Part shown: positions 18,506-30,765 of the stretch, in pieces
Numbering within the stretch: position 1 is the first letter of the stretch
Layout: every line of letters starts with the position of its first letter
Origin: Candidatus Entotheonellaceae bacterium
Lineage (GTDB): Bacteria; Tectomicrobia; Entotheonellia; Entotheonellales; Entotheonellaceae
Direction: 5' to 3'
NCBI GenBank assembly: GCA_965238075.1
Contig: OZ250173.1
Coordinates: forward strand, 224,001-288,000
Length of the DNA stretch: 64,000 bases
The notes under the pieces: model-generated
The model's database searches: none
What the model was told of the DNA's origin: nothing
Seen by the model: the letters and a program-made list of their open reading frames with translations, nothing else
Position numbers and translations under genes: made by a program

Positions 18506-19417
18506 TCAGAAAATGGCAACCGGGTGCGCCGGGGCGCCCGTGGCGCCGACGAGCGGCAGCGGCATGGCCGAGAAAAAGAACTCGTAGCGGCCCTGCTCGG
18601 CGCAGGCTACCGCCAGGCGCTCGGGGTCAACGTTGTCGATGAGGGCGAGGCCGAGGAACGGAATGGCCAGGTGCGTGCCCATACCGAAACCTTGGTAACC
18701 GCTCGGACGCTCGTCCATCATGTCCCAGGCAATGGCGGCGATGTCCTTTTCGCGGAACCATTCCAGGCACGACAGATTCAGCCCCGGGTGTGGCGAGATT
18801 CGCGGCCGCCAGTCCGGATGGGTGCTGCGAAACGCCTCGTCGCCGCCGCGCACCACGACCACGTCGCCGGGTTCCACCTGCACGCCGGCGCGGCTGGCAG
18901 CGGCGTCCAACTCCTTTGGCGTGACCGGATGCCCAACGGTAATGTGCCCTTCGTTGCGCCCGGCGGCGATGTCCAGCAGCACGCCCCGTGTGAGGATCCC
19001 TTTGTTGAAAATGGGATCAATGGGACACCAAGTGGCGCCCTCAGCGGTGAGGCTGTCCGCAAACGGGCGCCCGTTGTACAACTCCCCGTCCCAAGCCACG
19101 TGGCACAGCGCGTCGACGTGGGTGATCCAAAAGCCATGGTAGACCATGTCGAAACGGTCCAGGACTATGTCCACCCGCTCGCGTTTCGACGGGAAGGTGA
19201 CGTGGTACATGTACACCGGGCGGGGCACCACGTCCCGCGCCAGCGACACCGCCAACCCGCTCCGGATGAGATCCTTCGCCGCCGCCTGCTTGGCTGGCGT
19301 GATCAGGTTCAGCGTGCCGAGCTGGTCATCGTTGCCCCAGCGGCCCCAATTGTTGAGTTCTTTGAAGTAACCTTCCACACGGTCCTGCGTGGGTATCACC
19401 ACCGCCGTCATTCCCAT
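18506..19417 (-). CDS. Cyclase (kynurenine formamidase-like) family metal hydrolase
   Basis: NWGRWGNDDQLGTLNLI, THVDALCH, TRGVLLD, GATGAPAHPVA. Confidence 0.88.
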   Translation of the reverse strand: MGMTAVVIPTQDRVEGYFKELNNWGRWGNDDQLGTLNLITPAKQAAAKDLIRSGLAVSLARDVVPRPVYMYHVTFPSKRERVDIVLDRFDMVYHGFWITHVDALCHVAWDGELYNGRPFADSLTAEGATWCPIDPIFNKGILTRGVLLDIAAGRNEGHITVGHPVTPKELDAAASRAGVQVEPGDVVVVRGGDEAFRSTHPDWRPRISPHPGLNLSCLEWFREKDIAAIAWDMMDERPSGYQGFGMGTHLAIPFLGLALIDNVDPERLAVACAEQGRYEFFFSAMPLPLVGATGAPAHPVAIF

Positions 19418-19621
19418 CTCCTCTGCTGTGTCTTCGTCCCCGCCGTTACGCGGCTCGCCGCACGGTGTTTATCTTGCCTAGAGCCCTGCCCGAACGCAAC
19501 TTGGCCGCCGACAACGACCACCGCTTGACCTCCCGCACCAGCTTTAGTAGTGTGCCACGCTAACAGCCGGTGCCTAAAGCTAGGTTCCGCGCGGGGCGAA
19601 ACGGTAGACAGGGAGGCGGTT

Positions 19622-20989
19622 ATGGACCTCGATGCACGGTACTCCAGGCGCGATTTCGTTGCGATGACGGCCGGATTGGCGGCCATGGGGTTGACCACCA
19701 GCCTGACGCCGGATCTGTTGCACGCGCAGGCCGGCAGCGACCTCAAGGGCGTCACCATCGTTTACTGGAACATGATTGGGGTGCAGAATCCTATCGTCAA
19801 ACGCCTCTCCGCCTCGATTGTCAAGGCCTTTGAACAGCGCACGGGCGCCAAGGTGAAGACAACCTGGGACACCTATGGCAGCATCATCGGTCCTAAGTAC
19901 CGCACCAATTTCATCGCCGGCAAAATTCCCACGCTGTTCGACGGCTCTAATCGCTGGAGCGGCCAGTTGCGAAGCTTCCTGCGGCCTATGAACGACTTCA
20001 TCGCCGATTTGGACCCGGAAACACACGCCGGCATCGCCTGGTTGCTGCCCTTGGTCGAACAGCAGAATCGCGGCTATCCCGACGCCGATCAGATCTACGA
20101 TCTCCCCTTCACGCTAATCCCGCAGGCACCGTTCGTGACCCGCCGCGACCACTGGGAACAGGCTGGCCTGGACTTCGACAGCAATTGGCCTATCCGTGAC
20201 ACCGACCACCTCGTCGAGGTGCTCACCGTTTTGCAGTCCGTAACCAAGTACCCCTATGAGGTGTACGGCAAAATCTGGGACGCCGGCGACACGCAACTCA
20301 ACGGCTGGGTGCGCTCGCTGGACATCCCCAACAGCGACTTCATCAACGCCGACTGGAGCCGCTCCACCTGTGACAGCGACGCCTGGATTACCGCGGTGCA
20401 GTTCTACATCGATCTGTACCGCAAGTACGGGTTTTCGTCGCCGAACAGCCCGCAGAGCACCGACGAAGCCGCGGTGGAACAACTGATCCGCGGCCAGAAA
20501 AGCCTCGTGCACGCCGACATCCTCAACCGCGGCACCATCCTGCGCCGCTTGCGACGAGGGATCGAGGACGGCACCATCCAGTGGGGACCGCACTGCCCGA
20601 TGGCCGGCGGCACCACCGGCTCGACGGCTTTTTTGGCCATGAGTTCGTTCAGCATTGCCCGGCAGGAAGGCCCGGACGCCGCCATCAAGGAAGCAGCCGC
20701 CTGGGAATTCATCAAGGAGTGGTTGATGCCGGAGAATCAAATCGCCCTGGCCAAGAGCAGCGGCCTGTGCGCCCGCCGCGACCTGTGGGAGGGACTGAAA
20801 GGCGCCCCGGACCGCTACATCGAGGCCGTCATTCCCATGCTGGATAATCCCGGCGTGTGGAGCAACCATGTCAGGAGCGTAGATATCCAGTACAATCTGT
20901 TCGCGCCGCACATCCAGCAGGCCATGCTGGGAAACGACGTGGCCAGCGAGTTGCGCGCCTACGCCGCTGAAGTCAACAAAATCCTGTAA
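19622..20989 (+). CDS. Carbohydrate ABC transporter substrate-binding protein, Tat-exported
   Basis: SRRDFV twin-arginine signal; AAWEFIKEW; heads a permease-permease-ATPase operon. Confidence 0.85.
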   Translation: MDLDARYSRRDFVAMTAGLAAMGLTTSLTPDLLHAQAGSDLKGVTIVYWNMIGVQNPIVKRLSASIVKAFEQRTGAKVKTTWDTYGSIIGPKYRTNFIAGKIPTLFDGSNRWSGQLRSFLRPMNDFIADLDPETHAGIAWLLPLVEQQNRGYPDADQIYDLPFTLIPQAPFVTRRDHWEQAGLDFDSNWPIRDTDHLVEVLTVLQSVTKYPYEVYGKIWDAGDTQLNGWVRSLDIPNSDFINADWSRSTCDSDAWITAVQFYIDLYRKYGFSSPNSPQSTDEAAVEQLIRGQKSLVHADILNRGTILRRLRRGIEDGTIQWGPHCPMAGGTTGSTAFLAMSSFSIARQEGPDAAIKEAAAWEFIKEWLMPENQIALAKSSGLCARRDLWEGLKGAPDRYIEAVIPMLDNPGVWSNHVRSVDIQYNLFAPHIQQAMLGNDVASELRAYAAEVNKIL

Positions 20990-21013
20990 TCCCCACATAA
21001 CCCCGGAATTTCG

Positions 21014-21985
21014 ATGGCCCGTCAAGAAGCGCTACATCCTGGGCACCCGCTCGACATCAGCCCTGCTCTTCCTGCCGCCGCGGCTGCCAGCGGTCCCAGA
21101 CCCGCTGCCGCCGAGCGCTGGCTGATCTGGCTGTTCTTATTGCCTACCGTGTTGTTCCTCGTCTTATTGTTGTGGCTGCCGTTCCTGCAGGGCGTGTGGA
21201 TCAGTTTCCACAAATGGCCGTTCATCGGTGAGCCGCAATGGGTCGGCCTGCAGAACTACCGCGACCTGTTCGGCGCGGCGTATTTCTGGACCACGATGCG
21301 CGTCACCCTATTGTACTCGCTGAGCACCGCCCTGCAATTGGCCCTGGCCCTCGCCGCCGCCCTGGCGCTGAACCAATCGTTCATCCCCCTGAAATCCGTG
21401 TGGCGCGGCGTCATGCTGATGCCTTATGCCATGCCGCCGGTGGTCGTCGGCGCGATCTGGATGTACCTGCTCGACCCCGACCTCGGCATGGTGACGCACT
21501 ATCTGCTGAGCTGGGGCATCATCTCTGAGCGGATTTACTGGTTCTCCGATCCGGTGTGGGCCAAGTGGATCATCATGCTGGTGGCGTCGTGGACCTTCTG
21601 GCCATTCATGTTCATCATCCTGCTGGCGGCCCTGCAGGCCATACCCCAGGGCTACTACGAGCTCGCGGAGGTTTACGGCGCCAATCTGTGGCGGCGCTTC
21701 CGGATGGTGACCCTGCCGCATATTCGCGGCGCCATGCTTGCCGCGGTGATCATCCGCATTGCCTGGAATCTGGCGAAGATCGAGCAGCCCTTCCAACTGA
21801 CCGGCGGCGGACCCGGCTACGAAACCAGCGTCCTCAGCATCCTGACCTACCGGTTCGCCTATCTGTCGGGTGATTTCGGCATGGCGTTCACCGTCGGGCT
21901 GCTCCTCATCCTGGTCACCTTCGTGCTCATCGCGCCGTTTTTGCACGGCTTTCAGAAGCAGATCAAGCAGGCACGGAGGCGCTGA
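21014..21985 (+). CDS. Carbohydrate ABC permease (MalF-like)
   Basis: WVGLQNY, LQAIPQGYYELAEVYGA (EAA-loop variant), LTGGGP. Confidence 0.92.
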   Translation: MARQEALHPGHPLDISPALPAAAAASGPRPAAAERWLIWLFLLPTVLFLVLLLWLPFLQGVWISFHKWPFIGEPQWVGLQNYRDLFGAAYFWTTMRVTLLYSLSTALQLALALAAALALNQSFIPLKSVWRGVMLMPYAMPPVVVGAIWMYLLDPDLGMVTHYLLSWGIISERIYWFSDPVWAKWIIMLVASWTFWPFMFIILLAALQAIPQGYYELAEVYGANLWRRFRMVTLPHIRGAMLAAVIIRIAWNLAKIEQPFQLTGGGPGYETSVLSILTYRFAYLSGDFGMAFTVGLLLILVTFVLIAPFLHGFQKQIKQARRR

Positions 21986-21993
21986 ACAGCCCT

Positions 21994-22830
21994 ATGGCCA
22001 TGCACACGCAGCGTGCGACCCTCACACAGAAAGTTTTGAGCTACAGCGGTCTCGCCGTGGTTTTGCTGATCGTCCTGATCCCATACGGCTACATCGCCCT
22101 TACCGCCTTCAAGCCGGCCGAGGAAATCTTCGACGTGCGCTGGCTGCCCAGGGTGTGGAGCCTGGACGCCTGGCGCTATGCCATCGAATTCGAGCAGTTC
22201 CACCTATACATCTACAACAGCATGATTGCCGGGCTGGGCGCCGCGATGCTGGCGCTGTGCGTCGCCGTGCCGGGCGCCTACGTCTTCGGGCGCAAGCAGT
22301 TCCGCGGCAAGGACGTGATGTTCTACATCATCGTCATGGCGCTGTTGTTTCCCTTCGTGCTACTCGTCGTACCCTTCACCATCCTGTGGGTCAGGATCGG
22401 GCTGTACGACACCATGCCGGGGCTGTGGCTGGCGTACCAGGTGTTCATCATCCCCTTCGCCATCTGGATTCTGCGCGCCTATTTCGCCGAGTTGCCGCCG
22501 TTCCTCGAAGAGTGCGCCATGGTTTACGGCTGCACGGCGTTCAAGGCGTTCTGGCGCGTCATGCTGCCGCTGGCCAAGCCGATCATCACCTCGCTAATGT
22601 TTCTCGCCTTTCTGGTCGGCTGGAACGATTTTCTGTTCTCCAACATGTTAACCACGGGTGAGGGGCCGCGTACAGCATCGGTCATCATCTACGTTTCGGC
22701 CGTGGGCGGCGAGCGCGTGGAGTGGGACGTGCTGATGGTCATGACGCTGATGGCCGGTATCCCGCCGGTGCTGCTGTATATCTTGGCGCAGGGGCAATTC
22801 TTGAAGACATTCGCCGTTCGCAGCTACTAA
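21994..22830 (+). CDS. Carbohydrate ABC permease (MalG-like)
   Basis: LPPFLEECAMVYGC EAA loop, WNDFLF. Confidence 0.92.
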   Translation: MAMHTQRATLTQKVLSYSGLAVVLLIVLIPYGYIALTAFKPAEEIFDVRWLPRVWSLDAWRYAIEFEQFHLYIYNSMIAGLGAAMLALCVAVPGAYVFGRKQFRGKDVMFYIIVMALLFPFVLLVVPFTILWVRIGLYDTMPGLWLAYQVFIIPFAIWILRAYFAELPPFLEECAMVYGCTAFKAFWRVMLPLAKPIITSLMFLAFLVGWNDFLFSNMLTTGEGPRTASVIIYVSAVGGERVEWDVLMVMTLMAGIPPVLLYILAQGQFLKTFAVRSY

Positions 22831-22844
22831 CCAGGGGGTACGGG

Positions 22845-23942
22845 GTGGCCGAAAACATCGGCATTCGAGTGCATAATCTCCGCAAGACCTTCCAACGTGG
22901 GCGTGTGCAGGCGTGCCGCAACGTCAACCTGCAGCTCGCCGAGGGCGCCCTGATGGTGCTGCTTGGCCCGTCCGGCTGCGGCAAGACCACGACGCTGCGC
23001 TGCATCGCCGGTCTGGAGCAGCCGGATAACGACGACGCCATCTGGGTGAAGGGGCGCAACATCACCCGGTTGCAGCCCAAGGACCGTAACCTGGCGTTCG
23101 TGTTCCAGGACACGGCGCTGTTTCCTCACCTGAGCATCCGGCGCAACATCTCTTTCGGCCTGGACATGCACAAGACATACGGACGCGCCGAGCGCCGGCG
23201 GCGGGTGAACGAGGTGGCCAAACTGTTGCACATCGAGGACCTTCTGGAACGCAAGCGGCACGAGGTGTCCGGCGGTCAGGCGCAGCGGGTGGCGCTGGGC
23301 AGGGCGATCGTCATGGAACCCGACGCCTTTTTGCTGGATGAGCCACTTGCCAACCTCGATGCCGCGCTGCGCGTGGAAATGCGCACGGAAATCAAACGCA
23401 TTCAGAAACGCCTCGGTATCACAACGATTTTCGTGACGCACGATCAGGAGGAGGCGTTGTCCCTTGGCGACGTCATTGCCGTTATGAAGGACGGCGAAGT
23501 TCAACAGGTTGGCACGTCGCACGAAATTTACCACTACCCGGTCAATTTCTTCGTCGCCACCTTTATTGGTTCGCCGCCGCTCAACTGCCTGCCATGCCAC
23601 GTGCAGACGGACAACGGCGCGCTCAACCTCGCCTCTCAGGCATTCCGGTTGCCTCTCGAAGCGGCCGACGGAACGGCGTCGTTGCGGGATCACGGGGAGA
23701 TCATGCTTGGTATCCGCCCCGAGTTGATCGCCCTCGCGCCCGAACGACCGGACACGGTGGCGGCGCGGGTTTCCCTCATCGAGCCCTTGGGCAGTCGCAC
23801 CATTGTTATTGTGGAAGCCGAAGGCGTGGAATTGCGGGCGTTGGTGCAAGGAGAAACGAGCGTGCGCGAGGGCGAAGCGGTGCATCTGCGGCTGGACCTG
23901 GGACGGGCGTTTTTCTTCGACCGCGCCGGCAACAGATTATGA
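22845..23942 (+). CDS. Carbohydrate ABC ATPase (MalK-like)
   Basis: GPSGCGKT, VSGGQAQR, LLDEP, VTHDQ, C-terminal TOBE (IEPLGS). GTG start inferred. Confidence 0.93.
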   Translation: MAENIGIRVHNLRKTFQRGRVQACRNVNLQLAEGALMVLLGPSGCGKTTTLRCIAGLEQPDNDDAIWVKGRNITRLQPKDRNLAFVFQDTALFPHLSIRRNISFGLDMHKTYGRAERRRRVNEVAKLLHIEDLLERKRHEVSGGQAQRVALGRAIVMEPDAFLLDEPLANLDAALRVEMRTEIKRIQKRLGITTIFVTHDQEEALSLGDVIAVMKDGEVQQVGTSHEIYHYPVNFFVATFIGSPPLNCLPCHVQTDNGALNLASQAFRLPLEAADGTASLRDHGEIMLGIRPELIALAPERPDTVAARVSLIEPLGSRTIVIVEAEGVELRALVQGETSVREGEAVHLRLDLGRAFFFDRAGNRL

Positions 23943-23981
23943 GCCCGCGGTGAAATAGCGGTGAAATAGAGGAATCGTCAG

Positions 23982-24911
23982 GTGCATTTTGCCGACCGCC
24001 TCTGCGCGGCCATCGATGCCAAAGGCAGCGCCGTCGTGGTGGGGCTCGACCCACGCCCGGAGAGCCTGCCGCCGCACCTGCTGGCCGCCTGCCGCGCCGA
24101 ATTGGCTGACAACGCCGAGGCCGTGGCGGAGGCATTATGGCATTTCAACCGGGGCATCATCGACGCGGTGCACGATGTCGTTCCGGCGGTCAAACCGCAG
24201 CTCGCCTTCTACGAGCGTTACGGTGTTACCGGCCTTGAGGCTTACGCCCGCACGGCGCAATATGCCAAAGAAGCAGGGCTGCTGGTTATCGCCGACGGCA
24301 AGCGTAACGACATCGGCTCCACAGCGAGCGCCTATGCGGAGGCGTTTCTGGGCGCTCCTGGCGATTTCACCGCCGATGCCCTCACCGTCAACCCGTTTCT
24401 CGGACGCGACGGCATCCAGCCATTTGTTGACTGCGCCCAGCAGCATGACCGCGGCGTGTTCGTGCTGGTCAAAACGTCCAATCCGTCCGCCGGTGACTTA
24501 CAGGATATGCAGGTTGACGGGCGACCGTTATACGAGCACCTCGGCCGCTTGGTGGAATGCTGGGGCGAAAGCAGCCGCGGGCAGAGCGGCTATTCGAGTG
24601 TCGGTGCCGTCGTGGGCGCCACTTGGCCTGAGCAGACGGCCCGCTTGCGTTCACTCATGCAGCACACCTTGTTTCTGGTACCCGGCTACGGCACCCAGGG
24701 CGCTACCGCGGCTGACGTAGCGTGTTGCTTCGACGCCCGCGGACACGGCGCCCTGATCAACGCCTCACGCAGCATCATCTTCGCTTGGCGTACTGAACGC
24801 TATGCGGGCCGTTATAGCGAGGCGGACTATGGGGCGGCGGCACGCGAGGCTGCACAGCGTATGGGTGACGAGATCCGCAAGGCCCAGGGCCGGCTGTCCG
24901 GGGCGGGATGA
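23982..24911 (+). CDS. pyrF: Orotidine-5'-phosphate decarboxylase (subfamily 2)
   Basis: VGLDP, KPQLAFYE, DGKRNDIGST, KTSNP, GAVVGAT, LVPGYGTQG, NASRSI. Confidence 0.95.
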   Translation: MHFADRLCAAIDAKGSAVVVGLDPRPESLPPHLLAACRAELADNAEAVAEALWHFNRGIIDAVHDVVPAVKPQLAFYERYGVTGLEAYARTAQYAKEAGLLVIADGKRNDIGSTASAYAEAFLGAPGDFTADALTVNPFLGRDGIQPFVDCAQQHDRGVFVLVKTSNPSAGDLQDMQVDGRPLYEHLGRLVECWGESSRGQSGYSSVGAVVGATWPEQTARLRSLMQHTLFLVPGYGTQGATAADVACCFDARGHGALINASRSIIFAWRTERYAGRYSEADYGAAAREAAQRMGDEIRKAQGRLSGAG

Positions 24912-24952
24912 TCGTGTGCCCCGCCGGATGATCCACGGAGAGGAGACACGCA

Positions 24953-26638
<1,686 letters not shown>

Positions 26639-26664
26639 GCGGCTTCCCGGACACGAGCGCCATC

Positions 26665-26900
26665 ATACGATTTGCCCGCAGAACAGCCCTGTGGTCACCG
26701 GAAATTCCCGCGGCATCGGGCGCGCCATAGCCCTGCGGCTGGCGCGTGTTTGCGCGCAGGCCGATCTCGGGGAACCGGAGACGCCGCGGGTCATGTTCGA
26801 CAAGGTAAGTGAGACGTTCAACTGCTCTGACGACGCGGCCTGGATTTGCGGCCAGACGCTTATGGTGGACGGCGGGCTGCCTCGCCTCGCCGCTCGATAC
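26665..26900 (+). pseudogene. Collapsed SDR (FabG/FabL-like) pseudogene with large internal deletions
   Basis: N-terminal VTGNSRGIGRAIALRLAR joins via QADLG to C-terminal CSDDAAWICGQTLMVDGG within about 75 codons; no YxxxK core. Confidence 0.75.
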
Positions 26901-26961
26901 CGGCCAGCTTGCACTGTCGTAGGTATGACGCCAACCCCTACGTGAAAAAGGACGCGACCGC

Positions 26962-27936
26962 ATGGCGGTAGACCCGGGCAGCTTTAGCCCCTTTCCCCTG
27001 CTGCGCGGACCGCACCTGCAAACCATCGCCGCCGCCAAACTGCGCCTGTGGCGTCGCGAGCCGCCCGGAGAGGTTCAGGTGGTTACCCTGCCGGACGGCG
27101 ACCGCATCGCCTTGGTCGTTTCCACGCCGCCGCAATGGCGACCCGACGGCCCGAGCGTTCTGTTGTTGCACGGCCTGTGCGGGTGCCATCAATCCTCGTA
27201 CATGATGCGTCTGGCCCTCAAGCTGTGGCGGCGCGGCATCCGCGCCATTCGCATGAACATGCGAGGTTGCGGCGCCGGCGTGGGTCTTGCCCGACAGCCG
27301 TACCACAGCGGCCGCAGTCCCGACGTGTTGGCCGTGCTGGAAGCCTTACAGGGGCAGTCACCGCAATCGCTCGTGACCCTGCTGGGCTTTTCTCTGGGCG
27401 GCAACGTGATGCTGAAATTCGCCGGCGAACTGGGACGGCGGGCGGAAGCGCTTTGCACCCAAGTCATCGCCGCATGCCCGCCCGCCGACCTTGCAGCCTG
27501 CTCGCGCCTGCTCAGTCAGCCGTCCAACCGATGGTACGAGCGGTACTTCATGCGACGCTTGCTCGCCGCCGTAGCCGAGCGTCACCGCCTGTTCCCGGAC
27601 TTGGCCTCCGTCAACCTGCCCGAACGTTTGTCGCTCTACCGATTTGACAATCTTTATACCGCGCCGCAATGCGGCTTCGCCGACGCCGAGGATTACTATT
27701 CACGCAGCAGTGCCGCGTCTTGGGTGCCGCAGATCACCCTGCCGTGCCGTATCCTGTTCGCCGATGACGACCCGGTCATCGACGCCGCGGTTTTCGACCG
27801 CGCCGCCCTGCCCCCAAACGTGGAGGTCGTGCGCACGTCACGGGGCGGGCACATGGGGTTCCTGGGGCGCCCTGGGCGGCCCGGCGGCTATCGCTGGATG
27901 GATGCGTGTTTGCTGGATTGGATCGGCGCGGCGTGA
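26962..27936 (+). CDS. YheT-like alpha/beta hydrolase
   Basis: GPHLQT, LHGLCG, NMRGCG, GFSLGG, DDP, GGHMGF. Confidence 0.9.
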   Translation: MAVDPGSFSPFPLLRGPHLQTIAAAKLRLWRREPPGEVQVVTLPDGDRIALVVSTPPQWRPDGPSVLLLHGLCGCHQSSYMMRLALKLWRRGIRAIRMNMRGCGAGVGLARQPYHSGRSPDVLAVLEALQGQSPQSLVTLLGFSLGGNVMLKFAGELGRRAEALCTQVIAACPPADLAACSRLLSQPSNRWYERYFMRRLLAAVAERHRLFPDLASVNLPERLSLYRFDNLYTAPQCGFADAEDYYSRSSAASWVPQITLPCRILFADDDPVIDAAVFDRAALPPNVEVVRTSRGGHMGFLGRPGRPGGYRWMDACLLDWIGAA

Positions 27937-27942
27937 GGACGC

Positions 27943-28524
27943 CTATGTTTCTTCCTCGGTGAGCCAGCGCCGCGTCGGCGGCATTTGGTGCCGCTGCAGC
28001 GCATCAAGGAGCGTGAGGGGTTGTTGGGCGGTTACGAACAGGCCCCGGTATTTGGATTTGACGAAGCCTTCCGCAATCGTGTGATCGACGAACGATATCA
28101 ACGCATCGAAATAGCCCGCCACGTTCAGCAGGCCGATCGGTTTGCGGTGGATGCCGAGTTGCGCCCAAGCGATGACTTCGAACAATTCTTCAAGCGTGCC
28201 GTAGCCACCCGGCAAGGCGATAAAGGCGTCTGACAGCGACGCCATGAGGCCCTTGCGCTCATGCATGCTAGACACGACGTACAGCTTCGTCACCGTCTCG
28301 TGAGCCAGTTCCCGATCCGTCATCGGCTTGGGAATAACGCCGGTCACGGCGCCGCCCGCCCCCAGAGCGGCATCCGCGATAGTCCCCATCAGGCCGACGT
28401 GCCCGCCGCCGTACACCAAGCCGTGACCGCGTTGCGCCAGCAAGCTGCCCAGTTCGATGGCCGTTTGCCGGTAGCGGGCGTCGGTGCCGCTCTGCGAACC
28501 GCAAAACACGCAGATATTCCGCAT
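27943..28524 (-). CDS. LOG family nucleotide phosphoribohydrolase (TIGR00730)
   Basis: [32 protein letters not shown]. Confidence 0.95.
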   Translation of the reverse strand: MRNICVFCGSQSGTDARYRQTAIELGSLLAQRGHGLVYGGGHVGLMGTIADAALGAGGAVTGVIPKPMTDRELAHETVTKLYVVSSMHERKGLMASLSDAFIALPGGYGTLEELFEVIAWAQLGIHRKPIGLLNVAGYFDALISFVDHTIAEGFVKSKYRGLFVTAQQPLTLLDALQRHQMPPTRRWLTEEET

Positions 28525-28545
28525 GTGTTTTGTACCTCTTTACCT

Positions 28546-29283
28546 TCAAGATGCGTCCAAGAGCGTTAGCAGATCTTGCCAGGACGTAATGACAGGCACC
28601 GATAAATCAGAGGGCGGTGTCATCAAAGCGGCAGCGTCCCGTTGCCGCTGGGCGTAGACCGTCTGCACCGGCCGCATGCCCGCCAGCAGGGAGCCCTGGA
28701 CGTCGGCCCGCGGGTCGTCCCCAACAAAAAGAATCGACGACGCCGGCACCTCCAGAGCGTCGATCAAACTCTGAAAAACCTGCGGATGCGGCTTACGGTA
28801 ACCCAGATCCCCGGAGACCAGCAGAACCTCGAAATACGACGACAGGCCCAGGTGGTCGAGGATCTGCCGCGCCGCCGGGCCGTGGGTCAGATTGGATAGC
28901 AAGCCGAGGCGGTAGCGCGGCTTGAGAGCGGCCAGCATGTCAGCGGTGCCGGGGAGCGGTCGGGCGTTATCGACAAATGCCGAGAAATACGCTTCCACGG
29001 CCTCGCCCACGCGCGGATCCTGCGGCGGAATATCGATGCCCATCTGTTGCAACGCGGTGCTGACCCACAAGCCATTATGGGTTTCCTCGCCCAGGCGCTC
29101 CGCCTCGCTGACGAATTGCCGGGCCACGTCGCGGTACACCGGCATGAAGTCATCGGCATGCACGGCAACCCCTTGCGCCTTCAGACTGTCGAGCAGCCGG
29201 TCGATGGATGAATAGCGGCTCGGCATGTCCACCGTGATGAGGGTGTTGAAGAGGTCGAAGGCCACTGCCCGAATGTTGTCCAT
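28546..29283 (-). CDS. HAD-superfamily hydrolase
   Basis: FDLFNTL, LLSN, RKPHP, VGDDPRADV. Confidence 0.9.
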   Translation of the reverse strand: MDNIRAVAFDLFNTLITVDMPSRYSSIDRLLDSLKAQGVAVHADDFMPVYRDVARQFVSEAERLGEETHNGLWVSTALQQMGIDIPPQDPRVGEAVEAYFSAFVDNARPLPGTADMLAALKPRYRLGLLSNLTHGPAARQILDHLGLSSYFEVLLVSGDLGYRKPHPQVFQSLIDALEVPASSILFVGDDPRADVQGSLLAGMRPVQTVYAQRQRDAAALMTPPSDLSVPVITSWQDLLTLLDAS

Positions 29284-29489
29284 GGGCTCCCCAAATGATG
29301 CTTGTTCACATGCCGCTTTGTGCTTTCCGGCGGCTGCATCTTGCCATACAAAGGGACACCCCACAATTGCGCGGCGCCGTGCTTGCAGTGCCAAGGGCCA
29401 TCACGTAAAGTGTGCCGCTCGTAGGTCGAATCGTGTTTTGCCGGCACTTAACCCACGTAACCACAACGACCTGGGCGGGAGAGGACGAC

Positions 29490-30692
29490 ATGATCCATAC
29501 ACTATTCAAAACGCGACGGCAGGCCGTTGCAGCGTTGCTGGCGGTGGCGCTGCTGACTGTGCCGTCCCTTTCGGCAGATGAAGCGACGACCCTGAACGGC
29601 GATGCGGCAGCGCAGCACGAGCAAGCAGCGCTGGCGCGTATTGCCGATCCGCCGCTAGGTTTGCCGGAGGTGCCCGTCCCCGACGACAACCCGCCCACTG
29701 CCGCCAAGATCAGCCTCGGCCGCAAGCTGTTTTTCGACGAACGCCTATCCCATAGCGGCAAGCTGTCATGCGGCTCGTGCCACCTGCCCCATGAGGGCTT
29801 CACGATCAACGAGAGCGCCACGCCGGTCGGTCATGACGGCATGATCCTGCGGCGCAACGCCCCGACCCTGCTGAACGTCGCTTACCAGCGTTCGTTCTTC
29901 CGCGACGGACGGCAGAGCAGCCTCGAAAAACAGGCTCTTGAGCCTTTCACCGTGGAAGACGAATTGGCCAACCCGTCGCTGGATGTGGTGATCGACCGCA
30001 TCCGCCAGTTGCCCGATTATGCCGGCCTTTTCGAGGAAGCATTCGGCGAGGGTCCCAGCCCGCGAACCGTCGCGCATGCCATCTCTACCTACGAGCGCAC
30101 GTTGTTGGCCGCCGATTCCGCCTTTGACCGCTGGCGCTACGGCGGGCAGGAGAATGCCCTGGACGCCATTGCCAAACAAGGTTTCGACCTGTTCACTGGC
30201 AAGGCTGGCTGCGTCAACTGCCACGCCCTCGACGAAGGCGACGCCCTGTTCACCGACCACCTGTTCCACGATGACGGCATCGGCTGGATTCCGGCCCGAG
30301 ACATCGGCGCTGGACAACTGATAACGCGCCGGGGCATGCCCCTCTACACCGCGGTCCACGATCCCGACGCCGTTGCAACGCCTTCCGACATGGGCCGCAT
30401 GGAGGTCACCAAGGAATTTATCGACATGTTCCGGTACCGCACGCCTTCCCTGCGCAACATCGAGCTCACGGCGCCCTACATGCACAACGGCACCTTCGAG
30501 ACGCTTGAAGACATCGTCGCATACTACGGCGACGGCGGCTTCCGCCACTTCGGTATCGACCGCCTGGTGCGCGATCTGCGTCTGAACGATACGGAAAAGG
30601 CGGCGCTGGTGGCCTTCCTGAAAAGCCTGACGGCGGGAAACATTAAGGCGCTGATCGTCGAGGCGCAGAGTGAAGCGACGCCGGAGCCGTAA
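29490..30692 (+). CDS. Di-haem cytochrome c peroxidase/MauG-superfamily protein
   Basis: Signal peptide; LGRKLFFDERLS; CGSCH; RNAPTLLN; CVNCH; RTPSLRN..LTAPYMHNG. Confidence 0.9.
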   Translation: MIHTLFKTRRQAVAALLAVALLTVPSLSADEATTLNGDAAAQHEQAALARIADPPLGLPEVPVPDDNPPTAAKISLGRKLFFDERLSHSGKLSCGSCHLPHEGFTINESATPVGHDGMILRRNAPTLLNVAYQRSFFRDGRQSSLEKQALEPFTVEDELANPSLDVVIDRIRQLPDYAGLFEEAFGEGPSPRTVAHAISTYERTLLAADSAFDRWRYGGQENALDAIAKQGFDLFTGKAGCVNCHALDEGDALFTDHLFHDDGIGWIPARDIGAGQLITRRGMPLYTAVHDPDAVATPSDMGRMEVTKEFIDMFRYRTPSLRNIELTAPYMHNGTFETLEDIVAYYGDGGFRHFGIDRLVRDLRLNDTEKAALVAFLKSLTAGNIKALIVEAQSEATPEP

Positions 30693-30732
30693 CGGCGGTC
30701 GGTCGTGAGTGAGGAATGAGGCCTATGAAGGG

Positions 30733-30765
30733 GGTCACGGGCAGAACGGAAGCCCGCCCGTGACC
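30733..30765. repeat. Inverted repeat/hairpin at the left edge of the IS630 remnant
   Basis: GGTCACGGGC-13 nt-GCCCGTGACC, perfect 10-bp stem. Confidence 0.6.

Noticed and set aside
17801-19528. Long 575-aa plus-strand ORF (similar cases at 50628-52391 and 41983-43218)
   Set aside because: These are antisense to well-supported genes, have no motifs, and are expected in high-GC DNA.
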